Source: Candidatus Bathyarchaeia archaeon | GTDB taxonomy: Archaea; Thermoproteota; Bathyarchaeia; Bathyarchaeales; Bathycorpusculaceae | NCBI GenBank assembly: GCA_038882955.1 | Contig: JAVZNC010000001.1 | Location: forward strand, 192,001 to 256,000 | Length of the DNA: 64,000 nt | Direction of reading: 5' to 3' | Shown here: positions 39,566 to 48,798 of the stretch, in pieces | How positions within the stretch are numbered: position 1 is the stretch's first letter | Layout of the letters: each line of letters starts with the position of its first letter | Made by a program: the position numbers and the translations under genes | The notes under the pieces: model-generated | What the model was told of the DNA's origin: nothing | Database searches by the model: none | What the model saw: only the letters and a program-made list of their open reading frames with translations

Positions 39566-39573
39566 CCCCGGCT
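39537..39573 (+). repeat. attR, 37 bp (duplicated 3' half of tRNA-Cys)
   Basis: Exact copy of 33260-33296. Confidence 0.96.
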
Positions 39574-39732
39574 CTACCTTCTATTCACAGAAATCTTGGT
39601 TCTGAGTATGACATTGAAAAAGGAAAAGAGCGTCTACATTTCTAAGTGAATGCAAATTTTGGATATGAATCTTGGATTCATAACCCTAATTACTTGTTCA
39701 ATCTTTTAAGTATTCGAAGTGAGTGTGAGAAT

Positions 39733-40044
39733 TTGCCTTTATGGCATGAAATTGAGGATTTGCAGAAGAAAAAGGCTGAGTTGGAGTTTCAGCTTCATTC
39801 GATTGAAGAGAAAGAGAAAACCCTCGAAGAGAGAGCGAGGCTACTGGAGGAGAAATTTGCGATTCAGCAGTTGGAAGAGAAACTTAAAATTAAGATGGAA
39901 ACTGTGGAGAAGCTTGAGGCTCGGATAAGCGAGTTGGAGCAGAAACTTAAACGCGAAACAGAAACCGCTGTAACGATGAGAATTGAGCCGCAGGCGCAGC
40001 AAAACACGAATGAATCTCCGCTGCGAAGACTCTTTGAAGAATAA
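39733..40044 (+). CDS. Coiled-coil protein (start uncertain)
   Basis: Heptad L/I with E/K-rich composition. Confidence 0.65.
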   Translation: MPLWHEIEDLQKKKAELEFQLHSIEEKEKTLEERARLLEEKFAIQQLEEKLKIKMETVEKLEARISELEQKLKRETETAVTMRIEPQAQQNTNESPLRRLFEE

Positions 40045-40106
40045 CAAAAAGCTCTAAGTCTCATAGCGCTAGTTGCCTTCACGAGAGATAGGGTGATTAT
40101 TGCACT

Positions 40107-40140
40107 TTATAGAACAAATCTCTATAATAATGTTCTATAA
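40107..40140. terminator. Inverted repeat between convergent genes
   Basis: TTATAGAACA-N14-TGTTCTATAA. Confidence 0.35.
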
Positions 40141-40707
40141 TTAAACAAGTGACCCAAAAATTTCTTGTGCCGCCTTTTTATAAATTTCAAAATCCTGCTT
40201 CGAAAACAGAACGAGTACAACCTCTTCGAGTTTATCCTCCCTTTCGACAAACTCCTTTATAGTCGCCAACGCTACTTTACACGCCTTCTCTATAGGATAT
40301 CCGTATGCACCCGTGCTTATTGATGGAAAGGCTATTGTCTTCAATCCTTTTGAAACAGCTAACATTAGCGAGTTGCGGTAGGCTTCAGCCAAAAGTTCTG
40401 GTTCGCCGTGGGTTCCACCGCGCCAAATAGGGCCAACGGTGTGGATGATGTATTTAGCTTTTAGGTTTCCTCCAGAGGTTATAACCGCCTTTCCCGTCGG
40501 AAGTCCGTTTGGCCATTCTGTTGCCCTTATGCGTTTGCATTCTTCTAGGATTTTTGGTCCGCCTTTGCGGTGTATTGCGCCGTCGACGCCTCCGCCCCCC
40601 ATGAGTGTCGTGTTTGCCGCGTTTACTATTGCATCTGTGTCCATCTCTGTTATGTCGCCTTGAACAAGGCAGATTTTTGTCTTACCAATTTTGAAAGATA
40701 CAGACAT
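40141..40707 (-). CDS. Macro domain O-acetyl-ADP-ribose deacetylase (YmdB-like)
   Basis: GDIT, VNAAN, GGGGVDGAIH, PSISTGAYGYP. Confidence 0.93.
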   Translation of the reverse strand: MSVSFKIGKTKICLVQGDITEMDTDAIVNAANTTLMGGGGVDGAIHRKGGPKILEECKRIRATEWPNGLPTGKAVITSGGNLKAKYIIHTVGPIWRGGTHGEPELLAEAYRNSLMLAVSKGLKTIAFPSISTGAYGYPIEKACKVALATIKEFVEREDKLEEVVLVLFSKQDFEIYKKAAQEIFGSLV

Positions 40708-40858
40708 TGTTATCCACAATATCTTTTCATCAAAAATTTGCTTAAAATTTTAATCCTAAACCCAGAGAATAAAGGACTGTCATAAGACTCATAAGACTTT
40801 GGTTTTTAAGTTTAAATATGCCTTTTACTGAAAACTACATAGGAGTGGTTATAGAATC

Positions 40859-41059
40859 TTGAAACGCGATCTGCTGAAAAGTTACTTCTGGGGATTTGTT
40901 ACAGGTTCAGGAATTACAAGTTTAATTCTTCTTATATACTTAAGAGCTGTATTCCAAATCCAAATAATTGGACCCGCCCACTCCGATTACGGTTGGGTAA
41001 CTTTTATTCTTGGAATAGAGCATCCTAATGGTTACTGGTATAACAGTATGGTTGGATAA
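40859..41059 (+). CDS. Small membrane protein (possibly frameshifted)
   Basis: TM segment; SD GGAG upstream. Confidence 0.45.
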   Translation: MKRDLLKSYFWGFVTGSGITSLILLIYLRAVFQIQIIGPAHSDYGWVTFILGIEHPNGYWYNSMVG

Positions 41060-41219
41060 TACAACTACCTTTATAGTTTTAGCAGTCTTTGTGATTTTCT
41101 TTAGCATACTCCTCAGCATAATAACATTTAAAGAGAGTAAGCCGCGGGAAATTAATTAAAAAAGTTGAGTAAACATCTATTCTGTGGTGGTTTTTAAAGA
41201 TTGTTTGGGTTAAAAATTT

Positions 41220-41984
41220 TTAGTATGTATATTTGTCTCCTCCAGCGAGTATGCGCTCCAAAGCCATGTTAAAGTTTATCATTCCATCATTTGTTTTGGC
41301 GGAAATTGGAATTAAGAGGAATTTTAGGCCAAGTTGGTGTATTGCACGCATCATGTTTCTGCTCAACAGACGCTTCGTACCCTCAAGTTTTTGTTCAATT
41401 GCGTCTTCCAGCGCAGCAGGATTGGCGGACCAGTCGACAATTTTGTCAACTTCGTCCTTTGGAAGTATGTCGCATTTTGAGAGTAAATGGACTTGTGGTA
41501 AGAGAAAACGGTTGTAAACGGCTGCTGAAAGGAAAAGATTGGACACGTAGTTGAGTGGGGTAGCGCAGAAGGCGGCATCAAAAAGGTATACTATGGCTTT
41601 TGGCTGTTCCCGTAATAACTCATTGGCAATGAAAGGCCCGCTTGCCCTAAAAGCGAAAAGCTCCATTTGCCCAGGCGTGTCAACAACGACGACGTCGGAT
41701 TTCAAGTCTTCAATTTCGCTTGAAATCTTTTCAATTTCATCCGCGATTAGGTCTGCGGCCATTATCAAGGCTCCATTTGGGCCTAACTCGTATTGTTCCA
41801 TGAGGCTTTCTATGCTTATGTAGTCGCGTACGTCAACATCAGGCGTGTATGGAAGCGTCAACGCTCCTGGGTCAAGGTTTACTATTGCAACGTCTTGTTT
41901 TGCCATTCTTAGCCATTCGCTGAATGATGCGGTAAGCATGGATTTTCCAGAGCCGGCTGTTCCAATAATGAAAACTGTAAACAT
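41220..41984 (-). CDS. GPN-loop GTPase
   Basis: GTAGSGKS, NLDPG, LGPNGAL, DTPGQMELF. Confidence 0.95.
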   Translation of the reverse strand: MFTVFIIGTAGSGKSMLTASFSEWLRMAKQDVAIVNLDPGALTLPYTPDVDVRDYISIESLMEQYELGPNGALIMAADLIADEIEKISSEIEDLKSDVVVVDTPGQMELFAFRASGPFIANELLREQPKAIVYLFDAAFCATPLNYVSNLFLSAAVYNRFLLPQVHLLSKCDILPKDEVDKIVDWSANPAALEDAIEQKLEGTKRLLSRNMMRAIHQLGLKFLLIPISAKTNDGMINFNMALERILAGGDKYTY

Positions 41985-42056
41985 GCTGCTGTGCCTCTTT
42001 TTAGCGTGTGTCTTGTTGATTTAGCATTATCAGATTTACTTTGGACTGTAAAAGTT

Positions 42057-43193
42057 TTATGTTGGAACTTCTGGTGGCGGCGGTGGTATTGGCTCTTGAG
42101 GTGCGGGCGTTGTTCGCCGTGATATCAAGAAAATCGCACAGCCGACCACCGTTAATGTTATTGTGAAAGCCAGCAGTACAAAGAAGAATGGCGACAGAAC
42201 TGTGATGGCTATCGTTGGGCTGTCTGCTCCGCCATAATCATTGTCTCCAAACCAGCTTGCGCGGACAAAACATACACCCGTCGTGTTCGCGGTCCAAACG
42301 TATGAAAATTCACCGTTGGCGTTTGTTGTAGCCGTTCCCAAAACAAGCCATTGTAAGCCGCCAACCCGCAAGTAAATCGTTACTGTTTCGCCCGAAAGGC
42401 TTGGAGATAATCTTCCAGAAATTGTAACAGTGCTTCCTTCTATAGCGAATGGTGATGAGACTGCCAGTGAAAGGGCTGACGATTCTAACGGCTTGTAACT
42501 TGCTGAAACTTGCCCAAACTTTGTTTGGTCACAGTTCTCAAGTGTGATAACTTTTGTCGTGTTTAACGTTGGAATTAGGTCTGGAGGGCATTCGCCGACA
42601 CGCCAGCTATCGAATAAGGAGCCTCCTGTGCATTCTGCTATGTAATATCTTTTATCGTTTAATGTAACGTAGCAAACTGTGCCTCTGGCGTCACGTGGCA
42701 CATGAGAGAGGCTTACGCCCACGTTCATGTGAAATTGATTTTCATAGTAGAGCAGGACGACGTCTAATCCGCCAGCCATCATGATTGACGCTGCCATATA
42801 AGAGAAGACGTCGCAGTCTCCAATGTTTTCAACAATTGTTTCTACTGGGTATTTTGCGCCGCTTTCGTTATATGGTATTTGATGCACAATCATAAGCACG
42901 CCGTTAGCGAAATCTTCATCGTCACCGTAAATGTCCCAGAGGCGTTCGGCAATTGGTGCCACTGGGTATGGTGTTACAAATTTTGGAAAATCGCTTATCG
43001 AAGTTAGTTGGTGGCTCTGCGACTTGTAAAAATCATAGAGGGACTGCTGGACAGTGACCGTTAAAAGGTAATGCGTGGAACCGTTTGGGTGATTTAAGAT
43101 TTGATATGTTCTAGCTGTTTGGGAGAAGGAATAAGGTGTTAAATAGGAAATTACGATTAAAACTGTGAGCGCGATTATGGCAAGTTTTTTCAT
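42057..43193 (-). CDS. Surface protein: transglutaminase-like domain, Ig-like domain, C-terminal TM and polyproline tail
   Basis: YPVET...GDCD, H, signal peptide. Confidence 0.75.
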   Translation of the reverse strand: MKKLAIIALTVLIVISYLTPYSFSQTARTYQILNHPNGSTHYLLTVTVQQSLYDFYKSQSHQLTSISDFPKFVTPYPVAPIAERLWDIYGDDEDFANGVLMIVHQIPYNESGAKYPVETIVENIGDCDVFSYMAASIMMAGGLDVVLLYYENQFHMNVGVSLSHVPRDARGTVCYVTLNDKRYYIAECTGGSLFDSWRVGECPPDLIPTLNTTKVITLENCDQTKFGQVSASYKPLESSALSLAVSSPFAIEGSTVTISGRLSPSLSGETVTIYLRVGGLQWLVLGTATTNANGEFSYVWTANTTGVCFVRASWFGDNDYGGADSPTIAITVLSPFFFVLLAFTITLTVVGCAIFLISRRTTPAPQEPIPPPPPEVPT

Positions 43194-43250
43194 AGGAGAT
43201 TTTGTTGCAAAACAGATTTAAGGGATTTATGAACTGCCAATCAACAATTA

Positions 43251-44036
43251 TTAAATCTCTACTAATGTTTTCTGTCTCTTACTGAAAATGCATGCATAAG
43301 CGTAACCAGTTCTTTTTGCAAGAACTAGCGCCTCTTTGAAATTTCTACCTAAATCTTCTGGGTTGTGCGCGTCCGAACCGAAAACTATTGGCACATCATA
43401 AGCGTGAAGTATTTTCAGTAATTCCTCGCTTGGATAGATTTCTGCGCATGGTCTCCTTAATCCAGCAGTGTTAATCTCCACACACATTTTTGATTTTGCG
43501 ATTGCCTCCGATGTTTCAATTAAAATATCAGAGAAATCGCAGTTCGGCTTAAATCCGAAAATTTTAATGAGGTCTAAATGTGCCACAACATCAAAGAGGC
43601 GGGAACCACACATTTCTTTAATTAGGCTAAAGTACGCTCTATAGGTTTGCAGAATATCTCTTTTCAAGTATTCATGTTTTTGATGTGGGTTGTCAATTCC
43701 CCAACTGCCAATAAAGTGAACTGCGCCGATAACATAGTCAAAAGGGTATTTCTGGATAAACTCTTTGATTCTGTCTTTGTCTTCTGGGAAAAAATCAATT
43801 TCAACGCCCAGTTTTATTGATGTTTCGTCCCTTTGTTTTAGCGCTAGAAAATTTTCGATGTAAGCTGGCATTTGCTGCTGACGCATACGTGAATAATTGC
43901 CTATTTCATGTAGCGATATGTGGTCTGAAAAGCCTATTTCGTCTATTCCCTTTTCCACTGCTTTCTTAACATAATCCTTAATTGTGCCCACCGCATCTGG
44001 CGAAGCTTCTGTGTGCACATGATAATCCATAATCAT
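43251..44036 (-). CDS. PHP-family histidinol-phosphatase (HisJ/HisK-like)
   Basis: DYHVHT, SDH, GSDAH. Confidence 0.88.
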   Translation of the reverse strand: MIMDYHVHTEASPDAVGTIKDYVKKAVEKGIDEIGFSDHISLHEIGNYSRMRQQQMPAYIENFLALKQRDETSIKLGVEIDFFPEDKDRIKEFIQKYPFDYVIGAVHFIGSWGIDNPHQKHEYLKRDILQTYRAYFSLIKEMCGSRLFDVVAHLDLIKIFGFKPNCDFSDILIETSEAIAKSKMCVEINTAGLRRPCAEIYPSEELLKILHAYDVPIVFGSDAHNPEDLGRNFKEALVLAKRTGYAYACIFSKRQKTLVEI

Positions 44037-44863
44037 TGTTTTGCCAGCTTTTGCGTTAAAACCACTTTTCCGCCTTCTTTCTTCACGAGTTCGGACAGCT
44101 GAATTAATGCTTTTCCAACACGGTCTTTGGCTGTTTTGGAATCCTTCGCTGTTGTTGAGAAGTGAAGTTCAATTTGCGGTTTTTTCTCCTCGCCCTTCGG
44201 ATGAGACTTGATGTAGACGTGGGGATTATCATGCATGGTTCTGTCAATTAAAGGTGCCAAAGCTGACTCCATAATACCACTCACATAAATGCTCGCCTCG
44301 TAAAAAGTAACTTCTCCAGCCTTCTTCCTCAGCAATGGCATAACAGAATCTTCAAAAATAGCCTCCATCTCCGAGGGAACCCCCGGCAAGGCTATAAGGA
44401 CCGTCTCATTAACCTCCAAAATTACGCCAGGGGCTGTTCCAACGGGATTCGGCAGCGGCTGCGACTTTTCTGGGAGCCTAGCCATTTTAACCCTTGCTGG
44501 TGTGAGCTCCACTTTTTCGATTTTTCCAGTTTTCATGTACGCCTCATACTTTTCCCTAACCATTTCCAAGGCTTTCTCGTTAATTTCCAACTTTAGATTT
44601 AGCGCTTCAGCTATTCCTTCGAGAGTTTTGTCGTCAAATGTTGGTCCTAAACCACCAGTCGTTATTATGAATATTGGTTTGCGTTGTAAGGCTTCACGTA
44701 TGACGCCTGCAATGGCTGCCACGTCATCTTCAACAACTGTTATGCGTTTAACTGTGAATCCAGCTGTAGTTGCGCGCTTGGCAAGCCATTGAGCGTTTGT
44801 GTTTAACGTTTTACCGATAAGCAACTCATTGCCTACGCAGATTATCTCCATCTCATTGCCCAT
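44033..44863 (-). CDS. CinA-like (MoCF-domain) protein
   Basis: GNELLIG..LNTNA, GGLGPTFDDKT, LPGVPSEM. Confidence 0.88.
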   Translation of the reverse strand: MGNEMEIICVGNELLIGKTLNTNAQWLAKRATTAGFTVKRITVVEDDVAAIAGVIREALQRKPIFIITTGGLGPTFDDKTLEGIAEALNLKLEINEKALEMVREKYEAYMKTGKIEKVELTPARVKMARLPEKSQPLPNPVGTAPGVILEVNETVLIALPGVPSEMEAIFEDSVMPLLRKKAGEVTFYEASIYVSGIMESALAPLIDRTMHDNPHVYIKSHPKGEEKKPQIELHFSTTAKDSKTAKDRVGKALIQLSELVKKEGGKVVLTQKLAKQ

Positions 44864-44959
44864 CTTCTCACTTTCTAGAAACTAAAAGTTGCTGAAAAAT
44901 AAAACTTGCTCGCCATATTAACGGCTAACTTATCACTCCTAAAAGCCGCGGTTTTAGGG

Positions 44960-45169
44960 CTACTTTTTCTTGCTACTAAGCCACCACTTCAAATATTCCT
45001 TTCTGCGCTTTTCCTGCTCCTCTTCCTTGCTTTCAAAGGATGGTCTCAGCTTGTCTCTAAGCTCTATAAGCTCTTGTTGTGTTACCGAAAGCCCGCAGCT
45101 TTTGCAAACGTAATGTTTTGTGGCTATTATGTATTGCATTTCGCCACCGCATTCTGGGCAGTATGGCAT
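44960..45169 (-). CDS. Small Zn-ribbon protein
   Basis: CPECG...CKSCG, YLKWW. Confidence 0.75.
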   Translation of the reverse strand: MPYCPECGGEMQYIIATKHYVCKSCGLSVTQQELIELRDKLRPSFESKEEEQEKRRKEYLKWWLSSKKK

Positions 45170-45507
45170 TTCAACACCATTTTAACACATATCTTAAGAA
45201 TGGAATGCGCGTTGCTGGATAAAAGGGTTTTTAAACCAAAAAGAAAACCTAACCTAAAATCATGTTAAGATTTCTATTAGCTTGCATGCAGTATGAATGC
45301 AGTTGGCGCAATACCATTTGTCAAGTTGCAGTATGTAAATGGCGTATGCTTCATTTCTACAGATGTCACATTTATGCCAACTAACAATCGCTTTTGTTCT
45401 ATGAGTCGTTTTAAGCGTTCTGTATCCCTCATCAAAGGCTGCGGAGAGTGGAATGCAAAGGGCATCTATAAAATATACCTTTCGTAAAATTCTACTTACA
45501 AAATGTT

Positions 45508-46611
45508 TTATGTAATAAAGTTTACAAGTTTTGCTTTATTGGCAAAATGCAACGCCTTATCCATCTCTTCCCTCGTGAGTCGTCTGCACAGTTCTGGAAT
45601 TTCATAAGCCCGCCATTCTGGTCTATACTGAAACATTAGATTCACTCGGGTTTCAACGCCAAGGTTTTCAGCTATCCAGTTTATGATGGGCTTTGCGCAA
45701 CATTCAAGATGCCCTGGTAAGACGAGTATGCGAATTATGAGTTCGCCATACTTTTTCGCTTCTAAATGGTTAGATGTGCAGACTTGCCAATAATTCGGGG
45801 CATCTGAAATTCTTTTAGCACATTCGCCTGGTCCATACTTGAAATCCAGTAGGTAAACGTCTGTAAAGCCAACCAGCAACTGTGCTGTTTCTGGACTGTA
45901 GTATGTGTTTGAGTTCCAAACAACTGGTATGTTAGCGTTTACATGTTTGAATGTTTCAAGCCACTGTTCAAGCCATGGTGTTGGTTCTCCGCCCACAAGG
46001 TTTGCGTTTCTGCATCCGCTGTTTCGGAGCTGTTCAACTTCTTCTGCCAGTTCTTGTGGCGTGTAAACTTCGCCATTTTCAATCCATTGAGAAATTGTCC
46101 AGTTTTGACAGTGTTTGCAACGCATTGTACAGCCCATTGTAAAGATTGTTCCAGATGGCACAAGCTCTGGTTCTTCTCCAACATGCTCAAAAATGCTTGA
46201 AACGGTTATTTCTTTGCCGCACCTACAATAGCCAAGCTCGCCCTCTGCCCTGTTGACTCCACATCTGCGAGTGCAAAAGTGGCATTCAAAAAGGATTTTC
46301 TTTGCAATTTCGATTTTCAAGTCCAAATAAGATTTTTCAGGAGTCGGCATTTTCTGCAAAGAGATACGCCCAGCGTCAATTTTCCTTTCCAACTCATAGA
46401 ACTCTCTTGTAAGCTTCTCGTGTTCTTGCCAAAGCGCCTCTAAAGAATCATTACTAAAATCTGCTGGGACTCTTTTCGCGATGAGGAACCTTGCTGGCTT
46501 CTCATTTTGCATGACGGCAATGTATCTGCCTAGGCTTTTCCTAACGGCTTCTTCACCGAGCACAAATGTGGCGTCTGGACGCAGAATTCTCCACATTTCA
46601 TCTTCAACCAT
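45508..46611 (-). CDS. PflX-like radical SAM protein
   Basis: CHFCTRRCGVNR, GCTMRCKHCQN, DFKYG. Confidence 0.88.
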   Translation of the reverse strand: MVEDEMWRILRPDATFVLGEEAVRKSLGRYIAVMQNEKPARFLIAKRVPADFSNDSLEALWQEHEKLTREFYELERKIDAGRISLQKMPTPEKSYLDLKIEIAKKILFECHFCTRRCGVNRAEGELGYCRCGKEITVSSIFEHVGEEPELVPSGTIFTMGCTMRCKHCQNWTISQWIENGEVYTPQELAEEVEQLRNSGCRNANLVGGEPTPWLEQWLETFKHVNANIPVVWNSNTYYSPETAQLLVGFTDVYLLDFKYGPGECAKRISDAPNYWQVCTSNHLEAKKYGELIIRILVLPGHLECCAKPIINWIAENLGVETRVNLMFQYRPEWRAYEIPELCRRLTREEMDKALHFANKAKLVNFIT

Positions 46612-46613
46612 GA

Positions 46614-47669
46614 TTAAAACAAAGCGTATGGATAAGCGTACCCGCTTGCATGCAACTTACCCTTAATTGGAATTTCTTTACCACAAACTGGACAGCGCAT
46701 GTCCTTCGTAAGGTTCCACTTTGTAATCTCAAAGCTGAACCGTTTTATTAGAAGCTCATTACAGTTTGGACAGTAAGTGTTCTCGCTGGGATGCCCCGGC
46801 ACATTTCCAATGTAAACGTAGTTTAGTCCAGCATCCTTGGCGGTTATGTAGGCTTTCTCCAAAGTTTCAATAGGCGTTGAAGGAATATTCGTAAGCTGGT
46901 AATCTGGATGGAAACGTAAAAGATGCAGTGGCGTGTCCCTCCCAAGATTCTCCCTAATCCATGCAGCGAGTTCCTTAATTCTTTCAAGCGAATCACCAAT
47001 CTTCGGAACAACCAAATTCGTTATTTCAATATGTATTCCGTTTCGCCGCATCTCCTTCAAAGACTCAAAAATAGGCTCGACGGACGGCACAGACGAGAAG
47101 GATTTATAAAACGCTGGGTCTCCGCCACCCTTAAAATCCACAGTTGCAGCATCCAAGTAGGGCGCTATTGTTTTTACGGCTTCTGGCGTCATATAACCAT
47201 TCGTGACAAAAGTGTTGAAAAAACCGACTTGGTGGGCAAGTTTCGCAGTATCATATGCATATTCGAAGAAAATTGTTGGTTCAGTGTAGGTGTAACTTAT
47301 GCCTTGGCATCCATTGTCCCTTGTTGCTTTAACAACTTCTTCTGGCGGAAAATGTTTACCTTCAATGTTCTCTTCTTGACTTATCATCCAATTGTCGCAG
47401 AACTGGCACCTAAAATTGCAGCCCACCGTGGCAATTGACATAACTGAAGCACCAGGATTAAAGTGAGAGAGGGGTTTCTTCCCTATAGGGTCCACGCATG
47501 CAGATATAGCCTTTGCATAAACAAGCGAATAAAGCGTTCCGCCCTCATTTTTTCTTACAAGGCAGAATCCAATTTTGCCATCGTTTATGAGGCATCTTCT
47601 CCCGCAAAGATTGCATCTAACCTTTTTGTCTCCGATTTTCTCGTAGAGCATTGCCTCATGAAGCGACAT
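46614..47669 (-). CDS. AmmeMemoRadiSam-type radical SAM enzyme
   Basis: DPIGKKPL, GCNFRCQFCDN, TYTEP, FHPDY. Confidence 0.88.
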   Translation of the reverse strand: MSLHEAMLYEKIGDKKVRCNLCGRRCLINDGKIGFCLVRKNEGGTLYSLVYAKAISACVDPIGKKPLSHFNPGASVMSIATVGCNFRCQFCDNWMISQEENIEGKHFPPEEVVKATRDNGCQGISYTYTEPTIFFEYAYDTAKLAHQVGFFNTFVTNGYMTPEAVKTIAPYLDAATVDFKGGGDPAFYKSFSSVPSVEPIFESLKEMRRNGIHIEITNLVVPKIGDSLERIKELAAWIRENLGRDTPLHLLRFHPDYQLTNIPSTPIETLEKAYITAKDAGLNYVYIGNVPGHPSENTYCPNCNELLIKRFSFEITKWNLTKDMRCPVCGKEIPIKGKLHASGYAYPYALF

Positions 47670-47733
47670 CTAATTCTCCTTAAACATTGAAGGCGAAACC
47701 ACACTTGTAAACTTTTTTCCTTCGCGAAGCAAT

Positions 47734-48330
47734 TCACTTATCCTTTTTGGAAGCGGCTTTTTCCATGAGTTCAAAGACAAGTGGCGGCGTCAAGGTTTTA
47801 ACATCCAACTTCACGCCTAAAAGTCCCTCGAGGAAGCCAGCCCAGATTTCTGGTTCTGTTATGAAGGGCGTTTTGATGAGGATATACTTATCCTTTAAAA
47901 AGAAGTCGCCGAACCCTTGAACCCTTAAACGTTTAAAAATTTCAGTCCATTTTTCGCTGTTTGAGGCTTGTATGCCGAGCGTCGCCTCCATGGAAACTTT
48001 TGTTGCTTCGCCCATTTTTCTGCCTATTTCTCGCCACCTTTCCCTCGGAATTTCGCTTATGAGGATGTTGAGTAATTCAACGTTTATGAAGGCTATTCGG
48101 CTTATGCCACAATAATATTCACCTGGAAAACGCCAATCATAAATCATCATGCTCCTATAAACATCAAGCATCTTAGAAATAAGCGGCTTTATGCCAGGCT
48201 CCTTTCCCTCGCGAATGAGCGAATCAATAAACTCCCGCTCTTCCTTTTCAAGGATAATCGTTGTTCTTTTAGCTGCCTCCTCGTTTTTCCTCATAATTTC
48301 TTCAAGTTTTTTCTCTTTTTCGTTTTGCAT
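47734..48330 (-). CDS. Putative regulator (RHH-like N-terminus, V4R-like C-terminus)
   Basis: RTTIIL strand then helices; G.KMG...GFG pattern. Confidence 0.5.
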   Translation of the reverse strand: MQNEKEKKLEEIMRKNEEAAKRTTIILEKEEREFIDSLIREGKEPGIKPLISKMLDVYRSMMIYDWRFPGEYYCGISRIAFINVELLNILISEIPRERWREIGRKMGEATKVSMEATLGIQASNSEKWTEIFKRLRVQGFGDFFLKDKYILIKTPFITEPEIWAGFLEGLLGVKLDVKTLTPPLVFELMEKAASKKDK

Positions 48331-48333
48331 AAC

Positions 48334-48363
48334 TGCTATATCTTATAGCATATCTTATATGCT
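48334..48363. promoter_or_regulatory. Two overlapping 17-bp palindromes
   Basis: TGCTATA-TCT-TATAGCA and AGCATAT-CTT-ATATGCT. Confidence 0.55.
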
Positions 48364-48423
48364 TTGCTAACCCCACATCAACAAACCGAACAATTTTTAA
48401 CAAAGCATAAAAATTTAATATTC

Positions 48424-48478
48424 GCCGATGAAGAGCTTACCTGTCTGAAGCGGTGATGCACCCTGGGGTATCTGAGGC
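48424..48478 (+). ncRNA. Candidate C/D-box guide sRNA
   Basis: GCC-G-ATGAAGA(C)-10 nt-CTGA(D')-GTGATGC(C')-12 nt-CTGA(D)-GGC; intergenic. Confidence 0.7.
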
Positions 48479-48490
48479 AAAAAGCAGATT

Positions 48491-48739
48491 TCAAGAGACA
48501 AACTTGTTCTTAATCAGGTACCAAAACAAAGCCAAACCAGCAATGAACAAAACAAAGCCGCATGCCACTGAAATAGCAAAGCCTATGTCAAGAAGCCTCT
48601 GAAGCACATAAACCACATATGTTGGACCAGCAAATGTTAGGAAAGCAGCCAAAACGACAAGAAAGGTTCTCCAGAGTTTCGAGTTTAAACCGCCAATTCT
48701 CGCTGAAGACCTTTTTACCTTCTGTTCCTCTTCGGTCAT
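48491..48739 (-). CDS. Small 2-TM membrane protein
   Basis: Two hydrophobic helices. Confidence 0.65.
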   Translation of the reverse strand: MTEEEQKVKRSSARIGGLNSKLWRTFLVVLAAFLTFAGPTYVVYVLQRLLDIGFAISVACGFVLFIAGLALFWYLIKNKFVS

Positions 48740-48798
48740 GCACGTTCACCGTCCATTAAACACTTTTCATGCTATGCGTTAGTTTTTGGCGTTTCCTC

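Larger units (their letters stand above)
33260..39573 (-). mobile_element. Integrated element (about 6277 bp when circular) with SSV1-type split tyrosine integrase
   Basis: 37-bp direct repeats of the tRNA 3' half, integrase split at att, all genes on the minus strand. Confidence 0.93.

Noticed and set aside
39537-39573. Second tRNA-Cys
   Set aside because: Only the 3' half is present, with no D arm or anticodon; it is attR
40780-40797. TCATAAGAC tandem duplication
   Set aside because: Two 9-mers in an AT-rich gap with no further support
44780-44812. LNTNAQ peptide in the CinA-like protein matching the element repeat
   Set aside because: It is part of the conserved CinA NTN motif and the DNA differs; coincidence
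40141-44863. Macro domain plus CinA-like gene as an ADP-ribose system
   Set aside because: Separated by unrelated genes; both are common housekeeping genes
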